Below the pieces are notes generated by a model. That model was not told where the DNA came from. It saw nothing but the letters and a program-made list of their open reading frames with translations, and ran no database searches. From a virus (lineage: Duplodnaviria > Caudoviricetes), in the IMG/VR virus record IMGVR_UViG_3300020469_000065, positions 1 to 52,129 of that record: a stretch of DNA of 52,129 nucleotides. One strand, 5' to 3'. This document shows positions 19,619-28,352 of this stretch, one piece after another. The translations under genes and the position numbers were made by a program. Each line of letters begins with the position of its first letter. The first letter of the stretch is position 1.

Positions 19619-19652
19619 ATTGCAATAATATAATCATAAAGGAGAAAATATT

Positions 19653-20237
19653 ATGGGAAATAGAAGATTAGGAGCAAGACGCTTAGACGCCCTACTCCGT
19701 AGAGGAACAACCGGCAGAGATACATCTTATCAGGCTGGTGCAAGTATTTCACCTGCTGTTGTATCACACAGAATGTACAACGAAGGTGTTTTCGTTATCA
19801 CTGAGATCGTTTTAGATCTTGGAACAAGCGCGGCTGACATTAGATCATCTGCTGTTGATAAGCCTATCGGCACTCACAGTGCAACTACGGGCGCTCAGCT
19901 TATGCAGTGGGAAAATGACATTCACGGAAAGTGGATTTCAGGAGAAGTTTTTTGTGCAGAGGCGCTTACCGACGTAACCGCAGTCTCTTTAGCTGCTGGC
20001 ACCGCTGTTGAGGCAATTGGTGATACTATTGCTGATAGACAGGACATTGTTGCTGCTGTTGCCAGTAACAATGTTGGTGGCAACGGAGCTACTGCTGCTG
20101 GCGGAATGTCAACTCCTCTTGGTGATGGACACTACGTGTATTTGACTCCCGATAACAATGGTACCACTACTTATGATGCTGGTCAATTGGTTGTTCGCCT
20201 CATTGGCGTTAAAGCAGCAGACGTAAGCACTGACTGA
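19653..20237 (+). CDS. Hypothetical virion (possible capsid decoration) protein
   Basis: AAGGAG RBS; follows capsid gene. Confidence 0.7.
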   Translation: MGNRRLGARRLDALLRRGTTGRDTSYQAGASISPAVVSHRMYNEGVFVITEIVLDLGTSAADIRSSAVDKPIGTHSATTGAQLMQWENDIHGKWISGEVFCAEALTDVTAVSLAAGTAVEAIGDTIADRQDIVAAVASNNVGGNGATAAGGMSTPLGDGHYVYLTPDNNGTTTYDAGQLVVRLIGVKAADVSTD

Positions 20238-20261
20238 TTTTATTCACAATAAGGAAATAAC

Positions 20262-20447
20262 ATGATTAGATCATCTAGAATAAACACGAAAGAAGACGAA
20301 GCAAAGAGAGAGGCACCTGCCAAGGCACCTGCAAAGGCTCCCGCAAAGGCACCTGCAAAGGCTCCCGCAAAGGCACCTGCAAAGAAGAAGGCACCAGCCA
20401 AACCCCGCGCAAAAACTCCCGCAAAGAAGACTGCTAAGTCCGAGTAA
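20262..20447 (+). CDS. Small Lys/Ala/Pro-rich histone-H1-like protein
   Basis: AAGGA RBS; (APAK)6 followed by KKAPAKPRAKTPAKK. Confidence 0.65.
   Translation: MIRSSRINTKEDEAKREAPAKAPAKAPAKAPAKAPAKAPAKKKAPAKPRAKTPAKKTAKSE
20313..20384 (+). repeat. 12-bp tandem repeat x6 (GCWCCYGCMAAG) encoding APAK
   Basis: Directly visible tandem units. Confidence 0.9.
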
Positions 20448-20465
20448 TTCAAACTAATGTTTGTT

Positions 20466-20500
20466 GCCCCCTCATCTAACAAGGTGAGGGGGCTTTTGTT
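20466..20500 (+). terminator. Intrinsic terminator
   Basis: GCCCCCTCATCT-AACA-AGGTGAGGGGGC then TTTTGTT. Confidence 0.8.
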
Positions 20501-20509
20501 TATTCTTTC

Positions 20510-20517
20510 ACTATTTA
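20510..20517 (+). promoter_or_regulatory. ACTATTTA putative late promoter element
   Basis: After terminator, before the AGGAGG RBS of 20540. Confidence 0.7.
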
Positions 20518-20539
20518 CTACGAACAGGAGGCTCTATGA

Positions 20540-21817
20540 ATGCCCACAAACTTACAACCACTTTCAGAAACTAGTGCTATCATTCTTTCCTCAACCGGAT
20601 CTACCGGTGATGTAGCAGCAGCAGTGCCATTTGGAATGTACAATGGCTCTGACGAATTTATAACTGGTGCTGCAAGGCAAGTAAATTATGTATTCAAGAA
20701 GCTGGGCGGTGATGTTGTAGATATTGAATTGACAAATAACAATGTCTATTCTGCTTATGAAGAGGCAGTTCTGGAATACTCATATATTCTTAACATGCAC
20801 CAGGGAAAAAATGTCCTCTCCGATACGCTTGGTAAACTTACAGGCACCTTTGATCACAAAGGTGAGATTGTTAGTGGTCCTGCTAGCGCGAGTTTACAAT
20901 ACCCAAGAGTGACGCTCTCTTATGCCAATAAGATTGGCGATGGCGTTTCTACTATGGCAGGCGTTGGTGGAACAACTCGCATTTATTCTGCATCCTTTAC
21001 GACTGTTAAAAATCAACAAGATTATGACCTTCAATCTATTGTATCAGCAGCGTCTGACTCGGGGCTTGATGATGCAGGCGGTGCAGTTCCATACGCAGGA
21101 AAAATTGGTGATTCACGTATTATCATAGATAAAGTTTTTTATCGCTCCCCAATCGCCATGTGGCGCTTCTATGGCTACTATGGTGGCATGGGAGTTGTTG
21201 GTAATTATTCTACTTATGGTCAGTACGCTGATGACTCAACATTTGAAATTGTTCCCACTTGGCAAAACAAACTGCAAGCCATAATGTATGAAGATTCTCT
21301 CTACACAAGAGTCTCACATTATTCTTATGAAATTATTAACAATAGATTAAGACTGTATCCAAAGCCTAGAGGAGAAGATGGCTTTGCCGGCTATCTTGAT
21401 AGAGTTTGGTTTAGATTCAGAATTGCTGATAACTCATGGGGAGAAGACGACGGCACCAATACCGGAGTTCTTGGCGTTAATAACATTAACACGCTTCCAT
21501 TTGATAATATTCCATACGAGAACATTAACTCTATGGGCAAGCAATGGATTCGCAACTATGCTCTCGCACTTTGTAAAGAAATGCTTGGACAGATTCGCGG
21601 TAAGTTCCAAACTGTCCCAATCCCAGGTGAATCCGTCACCCTAAACTATTCTTCGCTTCTCTCCGAGGCTCAAAAAGAAAAAGATGATCTTCGCCAGGGG
21701 CTGACAGATATGCTGAAAGAGATTGAATACCCAGAATTGGCAAAGAAAGACCAAGAGAAGGTCACGGCAGCAGAAGAAACTCTTCGTCGCTCTCCGCTAC
21801 CAATCTTTGTAGGATAA
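20540..21817 (+). CDS. Neck/head-tail adaptor protein (T4 gp13-like)
   Basis: KKLGGDVVDIEL, WIRNYALALCKEMLGQIRGKF..PIPG..VTLN, C-terminal PLPIFVG; position after capsid. Confidence 0.8.
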   Translation: MPTNLQPLSETSAIILSSTGSTGDVAAAVPFGMYNGSDEFITGAARQVNYVFKKLGGDVVDIELTNNNVYSAYEEAVLEYSYILNMHQGKNVLSDTLGKLTGTFDHKGEIVSGPASASLQYPRVTLSYANKIGDGVSTMAGVGGTTRIYSASFTTVKNQQDYDLQSIVSAASDSGLDDAGGAVPYAGKIGDSRIIIDKVFYRSPIAMWRFYGYYGGMGVVGNYSTYGQYADDSTFEIVPTWQNKLQAIMYEDSLYTRVSHYSYEIINNRLRLYPKPRGEDGFAGYLDRVWFRFRIADNSWGEDDGTNTGVLGVNNINTLPFDNIPYENINSMGKQWIRNYALALCKEMLGQIRGKFQTVPIPGESVTLNYSSLLSEAQKEKDDLRQGLTDMLKEIEYPELAKKDQEKVTAAEETLRRSPLPIFVG

Positions 21818-21821
21818 TTAA

Positions 21822-22313
21822 ATGTCAGATAACGAATGGTCCAGACCAGCATCACCGCCCCCTCCGCTCTTTCTTGGAAAGAAAGAAAGAGATCTTGTTA
21901 AGCAGGTCAATGATGAGCTTGTAGAAAAGGTTATTGGACAGCAGATACTTTATTATCCTATTGACATGGAAACAACAAACTTTCACGACCTATACGGAGA
22001 GGCAATAGAAAAAACTTTCTTACCTCCTGTCAGAGTGTTTGCTCTTGTTAACTTTGATGAAGAGGGTTCATCATACCTTGACTCTGTGGGTATTGATGGC
22101 AGTTCGCAGATTACCGTACACTTCCACAAGCGCAGACTTACAGAAGATCAAAACCTTTTCGTTCGTGAAGGCGACTTTGTTCTTTATGGTGAGAGATATT
22201 ATGAGATTATAAAACTTTCTTCTTCAAGAAAGTTGTTTGGACAAGTAAACCAGACATTTGAAACCTCTGCTATTTGTAAGAGGGCACGCAAGGGACTATT
22301 CGATGCTACCTAA
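21822..22313 (+). CDS. Head completion/neck protein (T4 gp14-like)
   Basis: GQQILYY, LYGEA..K.F, EGDFV...YYEI; follows gp13-like gene. Confidence 0.7.
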   Translation: MSDNEWSRPASPPPPLFLGKKERDLVKQVNDELVEKVIGQQILYYPIDMETTNFHDLYGEAIEKTFLPPVRVFALVNFDEEGSSYLDSVGIDGSSQITVHFHKRRLTEDQNLFVREGDFVLYGERYYEIIKLSSSRKLFGQVNQTFETSAICKRARKGLFDAT

Positions 22314-23190
22314 AAACTTTGATTTCGCACAATTACCAGAAGAACAGAAAGATTTTAGCCTTAAAGAGATCGGGATGCTTGGCTCTCGCATTGAGGATAT
22401 CGACTATGCGATGGTATCTTGGTTAAAAAAAGATCTTGACCTCACAACGATCACTAATCAGGGCAACAAAAGGGTCCCCGTTCTGTGGCAAACTCCTGAG
22501 CGCGCATTTCAAATTAAAAACAACCATGATCTTCGGCATCCTGTAGATGATGGCGGTGGCGTCATTACTTTACCAGTTGTCTCTATTGAACGCACAGGCA
22601 TAGTTAAGGATCCAACACGCAAAGGAGGATTCCAGGCTCACCTTTATTCAGACAAGAAAAATGGGCGCACCGGAAGGATGGTCATTGCCAAGAGAATAAA
22701 ACAAGATAAGACCAGAAACTTTGCAGTTGTTGGTAATACTCGCACTAACTCGGATGGAACACGACAAAAGTTTTTTCCAAGAGTAAATAAGAAGGTTATT
22801 ATTGAAACCCTTTCAATTCCAATCCCAATTTATGTAAATGTTGATTATAAAATCATTGTTAAGACCGAATACCAACAGCAAATGAATGATTTAACCCAGC
22901 CCTTTATGACGAGAACAGGGCAAATTAATTCTTTTGTCATGCGCAGAAATGGACACCTTTACGAAGCATTTATTGATCAGGGCTTCAATCAAAGCAACAA
23001 TGTTGCAAACCTCGGAGAAGACGAACGACAGTTCACTAGCGAGATCAACATAAAGGTAATTGGCTATCTTATCGGCGAGGGCGATAATGACGATAGACCT
23101 ATCATTAGAAGAGAAGAAAACGCAGTAGAAATTGCCTTTCCAAGAGAAACAGTGGTTCCAGAAGGTAACGATGACTTTTTTATAGACTAG
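22303..23190 (+). CDS. Tail completion/terminator protein (T4 gp15-like)
   Basis: ATG 22303 preferred; VPVLW..PER, LPVVSIER; between neck and sheath. Confidence 0.6.
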   Translation: MLPKNFDFAQLPEEQKDFSLKEIGMLGSRIEDIDYAMVSWLKKDLDLTTITNQGNKRVPVLWQTPERAFQIKNNHDLRHPVDDGGGVITLPVVSIERTGIVKDPTRKGGFQAHLYSDKKNGRTGRMVIAKRIKQDKTRNFAVVGNTRTNSDGTRQKFFPRVNKKVIIETLSIPIPIYVNVDYKIIVKTEYQQQMNDLTQPFMTRTGQINSFVMRRNGHLYEAFIDQGFNQSNNVANLGEDERQFTSEINIKVIGYLIGEGDNDDRPIIRREENAVEIAFPRETVVPEGNDDFFID

Positions 23191-23222
23191 ACACTTCCTG
23201 AAGTCTGTTTGAGACACCTGCT

Positions 23223-23230
23223 ACTATTTA
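23223..23230 (+). promoter_or_regulatory. ACTATTTA putative late promoter element
   Basis: Intergenic, upstream of the sheath gene. Confidence 0.7.
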
Positions 23231-23283
23231 CATTGTGATTAAAGGTGCTGTTTAGCATTATTTTATAAAGAGAGGAACCCCTA

Positions 23284-26200
23284 ATGCCCGTAAAAAGTTT
23301 TAAATTTGTATCTCCTGGCGTGTTTATCAACGAGATTGATAATTCATTCAGACCCCGTAGACCAGAAGCAATTGGTCCGGTAGTCATAGGACGCTCTGTT
23401 AGAGGTCTTGCAATGCAACCAGTTAAGTTGGAATCGTTTTCTGACTTCCTGACCATGTATGGAGATACGGTCCCCGGTAACGCTGGCGGTGATGTTTATC
23501 GCGACGGCAACTACCAGTCCCCAATGTACGGCACCTACGCCGCCAAGGCATTCCTTAACGCCTCAGTCGCACCTGTGACCTACATGCGTCTTTTGGGATC
23601 AGAACACACCAATGCAACTGCCGCTGGTAAGGCTGGGTGGCAAACAACTGAGAATCCAGATGCGCAGACATTCGCAAAGTTAGTATTAAGCGCACATGAT
23701 GCCCTTGCTGCTGATGGTCAAAAAATAGCTTTGACCGCAAGTGGAGACCGTTTTTTGGTAACTTTTCAAGATGGCGTAACAAGTGCGACTTCATTTACAG
23801 CAGGAACTCCCAATACCGCTACTTTGAAGGCAAATCCTTCAATGGGTACTCCCGCAGATAGTGTTGCCGAACAAGTTAGAGAAATGGTGTTGCTCTTTAA
23901 TTCTATGGCTAACTACGATTCAGTTAGTAGTTCTGCCGAAGATGGCATTGTTATTCGCTCAAGAGTTGGCTTAAATCATGCTGATCACGATATTTTCACA
24001 GGTTCAGTAGAAACAAATGTATCACTAGTTGGAACTGCCACCGCTGGCGCAGGCACTCTAACCGACAACGGTGGAGCCTACGGTCTCTGGGTATTCCCAT
24101 CAAGTTCCAATGAAACTTGTGGAACTGGTGGAGATAACACAGACAACCTTGGCTCAGCAATGCTTGGTGCAGTCTGGTACATGGACGAAGACAGCCAAAT
24201 TCGTCTTTCCGGCTCTCTTGCTAACAGTGCGGTTAAAGCAGAAGGTATCGGCATGGTTATTGAGTCCGACGATAGCGGGCTGTTTACTGCCACTATCAAG
24301 GGCTCCAAGGCTTCAACTGAAGCCGACGAAAAGTTTGCTTTCAACTTTGACGACACTAACCAGCGTTTTGTTCGCAAGGTCTTTAACACTAACCCACAAC
24401 TTGTTAACGGCGGCGATTTTTATGCTACTTCTTTAGAGCGCAATTATTGGCTTGGTGAAACATTTGAGCAAGAACTACGCGAAGGACAGGACGGAGTTGG
24501 TTCTATTACTGGTAGCACCGGAGATGAAACCCAATCTAAGAAGATGTTTGGCGTTGTTCTTCCAATCAGAAATGGCTCCAGTGGTCCTAACTCTATGAGA
24601 CTTGGAACTCAGGAAGCAGAAACTGGCTGGGTTATTGGTCAGGACATTGGCGAAGCTGGCTCTTGGGTTCCAGAGCAAGCATACAAACTATTTAAACTCA
24701 AGGGTCGTGGTCATGGAGAATGGTTACATAAGAACGTTAAAGTTTCAATCGAGAAAGTTCGTTACTCTGGCACACAAACTAGTGACTTTGGAACTTTCTC
24801 TATTGTTCTCCGTTCTCTAACTGACGCAGATGCAAACCCTGTTGTTCTTGAAAGATTCGACAATGTAACTCTTGACCCCCGCTCTCCAAACTACATTTCA
24901 AGAGTGGTTGGTGACCAATACTACAAGTGGAACGAGACCGAAAGAAGACTAAGACTATATGGAGAATATCCAAACCAGTCTAAGTTTGTTTATGTTAGTG
25001 ATATCAACGAAGGCAACATTCAGAACGCGAACTCTCTTGTTCCGTTCGGTTACTACGGTCCTCCAAACTTTAGTTCAATTACTAACTGGAGTGGTTCTGC
25101 GAGTGATGATGCTGTGAGCAACAAATATATTGACGCCACTAATGATTTTGGTGCTGGTGTTGATGGACTGCTTTCTGGCTCAACCGGCAACTTCACTGGC
25201 TCACTGCTCTGGCCAGCAGTTAGACTACGTCACTCTGCCTCTGATGGCGGACTTCCTGACCAGACTGATGCTTACTTTGGTATGCAAACCACAAGAACTC
25301 GTGGTAGTAGCCGTGGCGACAGATCCGCCATCGATTACCACAGAAGATGGGTTGCAACCGAAGGCAACTGGGGTAGTGCAGGTGGAGCGGTAGAACAAGG
25401 GTACATCTTTACAATGGATGATATTGTAACAAGCAGTGTTGGTGCTTTCTATTCTTCTGGCTCAAGAAGATCAGAAGAAAGTTACACAGCCCAGTCCGGC
25501 AAAACTTATAAAAATCTTATCGATCTTGGTTATGACAGCTTTACAATGCCCATGTGGGGTGGTTTTGACGGCTTTGATATTACTAAGCCAGACCCAGTTT
25601 ACAACACTGGTATTGCTGACAACGCAACTGATACTACAAGTTATGTTTATAATACTTACAAGCGAGCAATTGATACTGTTGCTGATGCTGAATTTGTAGA
25701 CATGAATCTACTTACTGCCCCCGGTCTCACCAAAGACGGTCTTACTACGCACATGATTGATGTCTGCGAGGCTCGTGCCGATGCACTTGCGTTAATTGAT
25801 CTTCCTGGCGTATATTTACCAACACATGAAAAGTATTATTCTGATATCGCAGATCGTCAAACTAAGAGCCCAACAAACGCAGCAAACGATTTACGCCAGC
25901 GCCAGATTGATTCATCATATGGTGCCACTTTCTATCCTTGGGTGCAAACTGTGGATGAGGGTACTGGGCAGTCTCTCTGGATTCCTCCCACTGTTGCAAT
26001 GATGGGCGTCCTTGCAAGCTCTGAAAGATCTTCACAGGTGTGGTTTGCTCCCGCAGGCTTCAACCGTGGTGGTCTCTCAGACGGCGCCGCAGGAATTCCT
26101 GTCACTGGTGTCTCGCGTAGACTGACCTCCAAGGAGCGCGATGTTCTTTACGAAGCTCGCATTAACCCAATTGCTAGTTTCCCAAGCACCGGTATTGTTG

Positions 26201-26559
26201 TCTTCGGACAGAAAACCCTCCAAGAGCGTCCATCTGCTCTAGACCGCATTAATGTTCGCCGTCTAGTTATCTTCCTCAAGAAGCAGATTTCGATACTTTC
26301 CACTCAGATTCTTTTTGAACAGAATGTACAAGCAACTTGGAACCGCTTCAAGGGTCTTATTGAACCATTCCTTGCAAACGTCAAGACTCAGTTTGGTATC
26401 ACTGACTACCGCCTTATTCTAGACGAAACTACAACAACTCCTGACCTTATCGATCAGAATGTTGTTTACGCTAAGATTATGATTAAGCCAGCAAGAGCAA
26501 TCGAGTACATCGCTATCGACTTCATTGTTGCTTCAACCGGCGCATCATTTGATGACTGA
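23284..26559 (+). CDS. Contractile tail sheath protein
   Basis: FVSPGVFINEID N-terminus; WFAPAGFNRG, INPIASFP, VFGQKTLQ, LDRINVRRL, IKPARAIEYIAIDF. Confidence 0.95.
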   Translation: MPVKSFKFVSPGVFINEIDNSFRPRRPEAIGPVVIGRSVRGLAMQPVKLESFSDFLTMYGDTVPGNAGGDVYRDGNYQSPMYGTYAAKAFLNASVAPVTYMRLLGSEHTNATAAGKAGWQTTENPDAQTFAKLVLSAHDALAADGQKIALTASGDRFLVTFQDGVTSATSFTAGTPNTATLKANPSMGTPADSVAEQVREMVLLFNSMANYDSVSSSAEDGIVIRSRVGLNHADHDIFTGSVETNVSLVGTATAGAGTLTDNGGAYGLWVFPSSSNETCGTGGDNTDNLGSAMLGAVWYMDEDSQIRLSGSLANSAVKAEGIGMVIESDDSGLFTATIKGSKASTEADEKFAFNFDDTNQRFVRKVFNTNPQLVNGGDFYATSLERNYWLGETFEQELREGQDGVGSITGSTGDETQSKKMFGVVLPIRNGSSGPNSMRLGTQEAETGWVIGQDIGEAGSWVPEQAYKLFKLKGRGHGEWLHKNVKVSIEKVRYSGTQTSDFGTFSIVLRSLTDADANPVVLERFDNVTLDPRSPNYISRVVGDQYYKWNETERRLRLYGEYPNQSKFVYVSDINEGNIQNANSLVPFGYYGPPNFSSITNWSGSASDDAVSNKYIDATNDFGAGVDGLLSGSTGNFTGSLLWPAVRLRHSASDGGLPDQTDAYFGMQTTRTRGSSRGDRSAIDYHRRWVATEGNWGSAGGAVEQGYIFTMDDIVTSSVGAFYSSGSRRSEESYTAQSGKTYKNLIDLGYDSFTMPMWGGFDGFDITKPDPVYNTGIADNATDTTSYVYNTYKRAIDTVADAEFVDMNLLTAPGLTKDGLTTHMIDVCEARADALALIDLPGVYLPTHEKYYSDIADRQTKSPTNAANDLRQRQIDSSYGATFYPWVQTVDEGTGQSLWIPPTVAMMGVLASSERSSQVWFAPAGFNRGGLSDGAAGIPVTGVSRRLTSKERDVLYEARINPIASFPSTGIVVFGQKTLQERPSALDRINVRRLVIFLKKQISILSTQILFEQNVQATWNRFKGLIEPFLANVKTQFGITDYRLILDETTTTPDLIDQNVVYAKIMIKPARAIEYIAIDFIVASTGASFDD

Positions 26560-26585
26560 TAACCTGGGGGCTTTTGCCCCCGCCC

Positions 26586-26593
26586 ACTACTTA
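26586..26593 (+). promoter_or_regulatory. ACTACTTA variant late promoter element after a GGGGGC-TTTT-GCCCCC hairpin
   Basis: One mismatch to the consensus; upstream of the tube RBS. Confidence 0.5.
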
Positions 26594-26620
26594 CTTATGA
26601 ATTACAGGAGAACCTAACAA

Positions 26621-27208
26621 ATGCCATTCTGGTCAACTAACTTTGGTGAGGACACTACCCTCAAAGATCCAAAACGTAACTTTAGATTTATCGTTGAATT
26701 TAACGGTATCAACGCTACCCCCGGTGGTGCTCTTGCTTGGTATGCAAAGACTGCACAAAAGCCTTCATTCGCTGTAGCTAGCGCAGAGCACAAGTACCTC
26801 AATCATACCTTTTACTACCCAGGCTCAGTTACTTGGAATGCAATTTCCATCACTATGGTCGATCCTGTTGAGCCAGATATGACTGCTACATTCGCTGACA
26901 TCCTTGTTCAGAGTGGTTACTCACCACCAACTGATACTACCTCACTTGGCACTATCTCTAAGGCGAAGGCAGCAGGGGCACTTGGTACCGTTACCATTAC
27001 CCAGATTGATTCAGACGGCAATCCGCTTGAGACTTGGACTCTTTGGAACTCTTTTGTTGAAGATGTCAAGTTTGGTGATTCACTCTCATACGGTGATGAT
27101 GAGCTTACCGAAGTCTCTGTGACTCTCAAGTACGACTGGGCAAGAGTGGAAACTACCACAGACTCGGCAGCAGTTAGCGGCGGTGGTCGTGAGTTCTTCA
27201 ACATATAA
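26621..27208 (+). CDS. Tail tube protein (T4 gp19-like)
   Basis: DPKRNFRF, YYPGSVTW..I.IT..D, ETWTLWN, LSY.DDELTEVSVTLKYDWA; follows sheath. Confidence 0.85.
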   Translation: MPFWSTNFGEDTTLKDPKRNFRFIVEFNGINATPGGALAWYAKTAQKPSFAVASAEHKYLNHTFYYPGSVTWNAISITMVDPVEPDMTATFADILVQSGYSPPTDTTSLGTISKAKAAGALGTVTITQIDSDGNPLETWTLWNSFVEDVKFGDSLSYGDDELTEVSVTLKYDWARVETTTDSAAVSGGGREFFNI

Positions 27209-27237
27209 TTTAGACAATATAAGACGCGAGGTGTAAA

Positions 27238-28059
27238 TTGTCAAGAAATCAAGATCGTCTTGGTGGCGCACAGCAACAAGACACAAGCCCCCCAGCAGAC
27301 AATGGCGGTGGCTTTTCATTTGTGGTCCCAACAGAGTTTGTGGACCTTCCTTCACAGGGTCGCTTTTATCCACAGGGACACCCTCTACACAAAAAAGATA
27401 GTGTAGAGATAAAACAGATGACCGCAAAGGAAGAGGATATTCTTACTTCGAGATCTCTTTTAAAGAAAGGTGTTGCTCTCGACAGGCTAATTCAAAGCCT
27501 TATTGTTGATAAAACCATTGACCCTTCCACGCTTTTGGTAGGAGATCGTAACGCTATTATTGTAGCAGCGCGAGTATCAGGATATGGAAACGATTACACT
27601 ACAAAAATCTCTTGCCCTGCATGTGAAACAAAACAAACTTACACTTTCGATTTAAATACAGCAAGTATGCTCCGTGGTAAGATTAATTCAGAGTTACAAG
27701 TCTCAGATAATGGAGATGGAACATTTACCTGTATTCTACCAAAGACACAAGCAACTTTGGTCGTGAGATTGGTGACTGGCAAAGAAGAAAGAAAACTTCT
27801 TAACACTACCGGGGACCAAGGCTTAGTTTCCAGACAACTTGAATCTGTTATTGTGAGCGTTAATGGTGATTCATCGCCACAAGCAATTCAATACGCAGCG
27901 CACAACTTACCCTCTTTTGATTCGCGACATCTTCGTATGATTCTAAAAGATGCTACCCCAAACATCGATCTAACCCAGACATTTACCTGCACAAACTGTC
28001 AATATACGCAGGAAATGGAGGTGCCGTTGACAGCGGACTTTTTTTGGCCTGACCGATGA
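27238..28059 (+). CDS. Tail assembly chaperone / T4 gp26-like baseplate hub assembly protein
   Basis: TTG start with GAGG RBS; VDLPSQG.FY, MTAKEEDIL, two CxxC, C-terminal DFFWP; between tube and tape measure. Confidence 0.7.
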   Translation: MSRNQDRLGGAQQQDTSPPADNGGGFSFVVPTEFVDLPSQGRFYPQGHPLHKKDSVEIKQMTAKEEDILTSRSLLKKGVALDRLIQSLIVDKTIDPSTLLVGDRNAIIVAARVSGYGNDYTTKISCPACETKQTYTFDLNTASMLRGKINSELQVSDNGDGTFTCILPKTQATLVVRLVTGKEERKLLNTTGDQGLVSRQLESVIVSVNGDSSPQAIQYAAHNLPSFDSRHLRMILKDATPNIDLTQTFTCTNCQYTQEMEVPLTADFFWPDR

Positions 28060-28072
28060 TTATAACGAGGGT

Positions 28073-28285
28073 ATGTACGAGCAGATTTTCTTCTTAAAGT
28101 ATTCAGGTGGATGGAGTTTTGCTGAAGCGTACAGCCTCCCTGTGGGGCTTAGAAACTGGTTTGTTAAGCGTACCATCAAGCAGTTAGAAATGGAATCAGA
28201 AGCAATGAAGCAAGCTTCTAAGGGTGGTGGTAAATCACAAGAACTAACGCCCTTTAACCAACCACAGATACCTAAGACCTTTTAG
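28073..28285 (+). CDS. Small chaperone-associated ORF, probably the frameshifted extension of the upstream gene
   Basis: Frame is open back to 28031 through the T7 run; GAGG only 2 nt from the ATG. Confidence 0.6.
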   Translation: MYEQIFFLKYSGGWSFAEAYSLPVGLRNWFVKRTIKQLEMESEAMKQASKGGGKSQELTPFNQPQIPKTF

Positions 28286-28287
28286 AT

Positions 28288-28316
28288 AGAGCACCTTTTG
28301 AGGTGCTTTGCTTTTT
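28288..28316 (+). terminator. Probable intrinsic terminator
   Basis: AGAGCACCT-TTTG-AGGTGCTTT then GCTTTTT. Confidence 0.65.
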
Positions 28317-28325
28317 GGGGTGTAG

Positions 28326-28333
28326 GCTATTTA
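28326..28333 (+). promoter_or_regulatory. GCTATTTA variant late promoter element
   Basis: After terminator, before the tape measure RBS. Confidence 0.55.
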
Positions 28334-28352
28334 TAGGGAGAGGTGCTATTAG

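Noticed and set aside
26566-26581. GGGGGC-TTTT-GCCCCC as a terminator
   Set aside because: No U-tract follows; it is more likely a stabilising or processing hairpin between sheath and tube.
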